Below are positions 63,631 through 64,000 of a stretch of DNA of 64,000 nucleotides, in pieces (the stretch's first letter is position 1; each line of letters opens with the position of its first letter). The DNA comes from Lama guanicoe. Taxonomy: Eukaryota. The translations under genes and the position numbers were made by a program. A model generated the notes under the pieces. It searched no databases. It was not told the DNA's origin and worked only from the letters and a program-made list of their open reading frames with translations. The stretch is from assembly GCA_013239625.1 (NCBI GenBank), contig MU054187.1, positions 6,273,757 to 6,337,756 on the forward strand, in the 5' to 3' direction.

Positions 63631-64000
63631 TGAGAGAGATGTGATGTGACCCGCCTCGGACTGGCAAAGGCGGAGGAGGGGAGAACCAGTCAGAGTCCAC
63701 ACCGGACAGCAGAACGCCCTGATTGGCTGGCCGCCTGCATGTGGTGTGTGGGAGGAAGGGTGGAGACAAGATGCGTTTGGGATTTGGCGCATGAACAGTG
63801 AGAACCGAGCTCTGTCCTTATGGGCGAGGAGGGGACTGGAGGGGCGGCATGGGGGGAACTGCGTTCTGTATGGCTCCAGATGTCTGGCCATCATCCCAGC
63901 GGAGGGCTGCAGCCTGGCGCTCCTGAGAGGGTGGTCTCCAGATACAAACTCGGTGCCCGCCGCACCCAGGTGGCACTCGAGGTCACGAGGCAGAGTGAGG

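Noticed and set aside
1..64000. The many 60-230 aa ORFs in the six-frame track as genes
   Set aside because: Apart from L1 ORF2 pieces, none shows a recognisable domain; many start at non-ATG codons or overlap repeats, as expected by chance in mammalian non-coding DNA.
1..64000. Prokaryote-style systems (CRISPR arrays, operons, defence islands)
   Set aside because: The sequence is clearly mammalian; no regularly spaced repeat-spacer array or gene-dense organisation is visible.

Overview
Mammalian genomic DNA, most likely camelid (Camelus/Vicugna/Lama). This is inferred from three tRNA-Ala(AGC)-derived SINEs of the camelid Vic-1 type and cetartiodactyl-style L1 3' ends. I cannot recognise any known host protein-coding gene; the only confidently identified protein sequence is decayed LINE-1 ORF2. 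The window reads as intronic/intergenic DNA with many interspersed repeats (L1 of several ages, HAL1-like, L2, MIR, MLT1 LTRs, ERVL/LTR16-like, Charlie1, MER2), microsatellites, CTCF-like motifs and AT-rich homeodomain/SOX/TCF motif clusters typical of developmental enhancers. Best observations: (1) a young minus-strand L1 (3456-5214) bounded by an exact 13-bp target-site duplication (TSD), carrying a ~95-bp 3' transduction and a large internal deletion of the reverse-transcriptase core; (2) a 40-bp L1 micro-insertion with TSD; (3) a speculative phase-compatible chain of three plus-strand exons; (4) a CpG-rich, CTCF-motif and motif-dense block at 41.4-44.8 kb inside a ~27-kb stretch lacking young insertions. 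I find no convincing evidence of a new biological system. Repeat subfamily names are from memory of consensus sequences and need RepeatMasker/Dfam confirmation.
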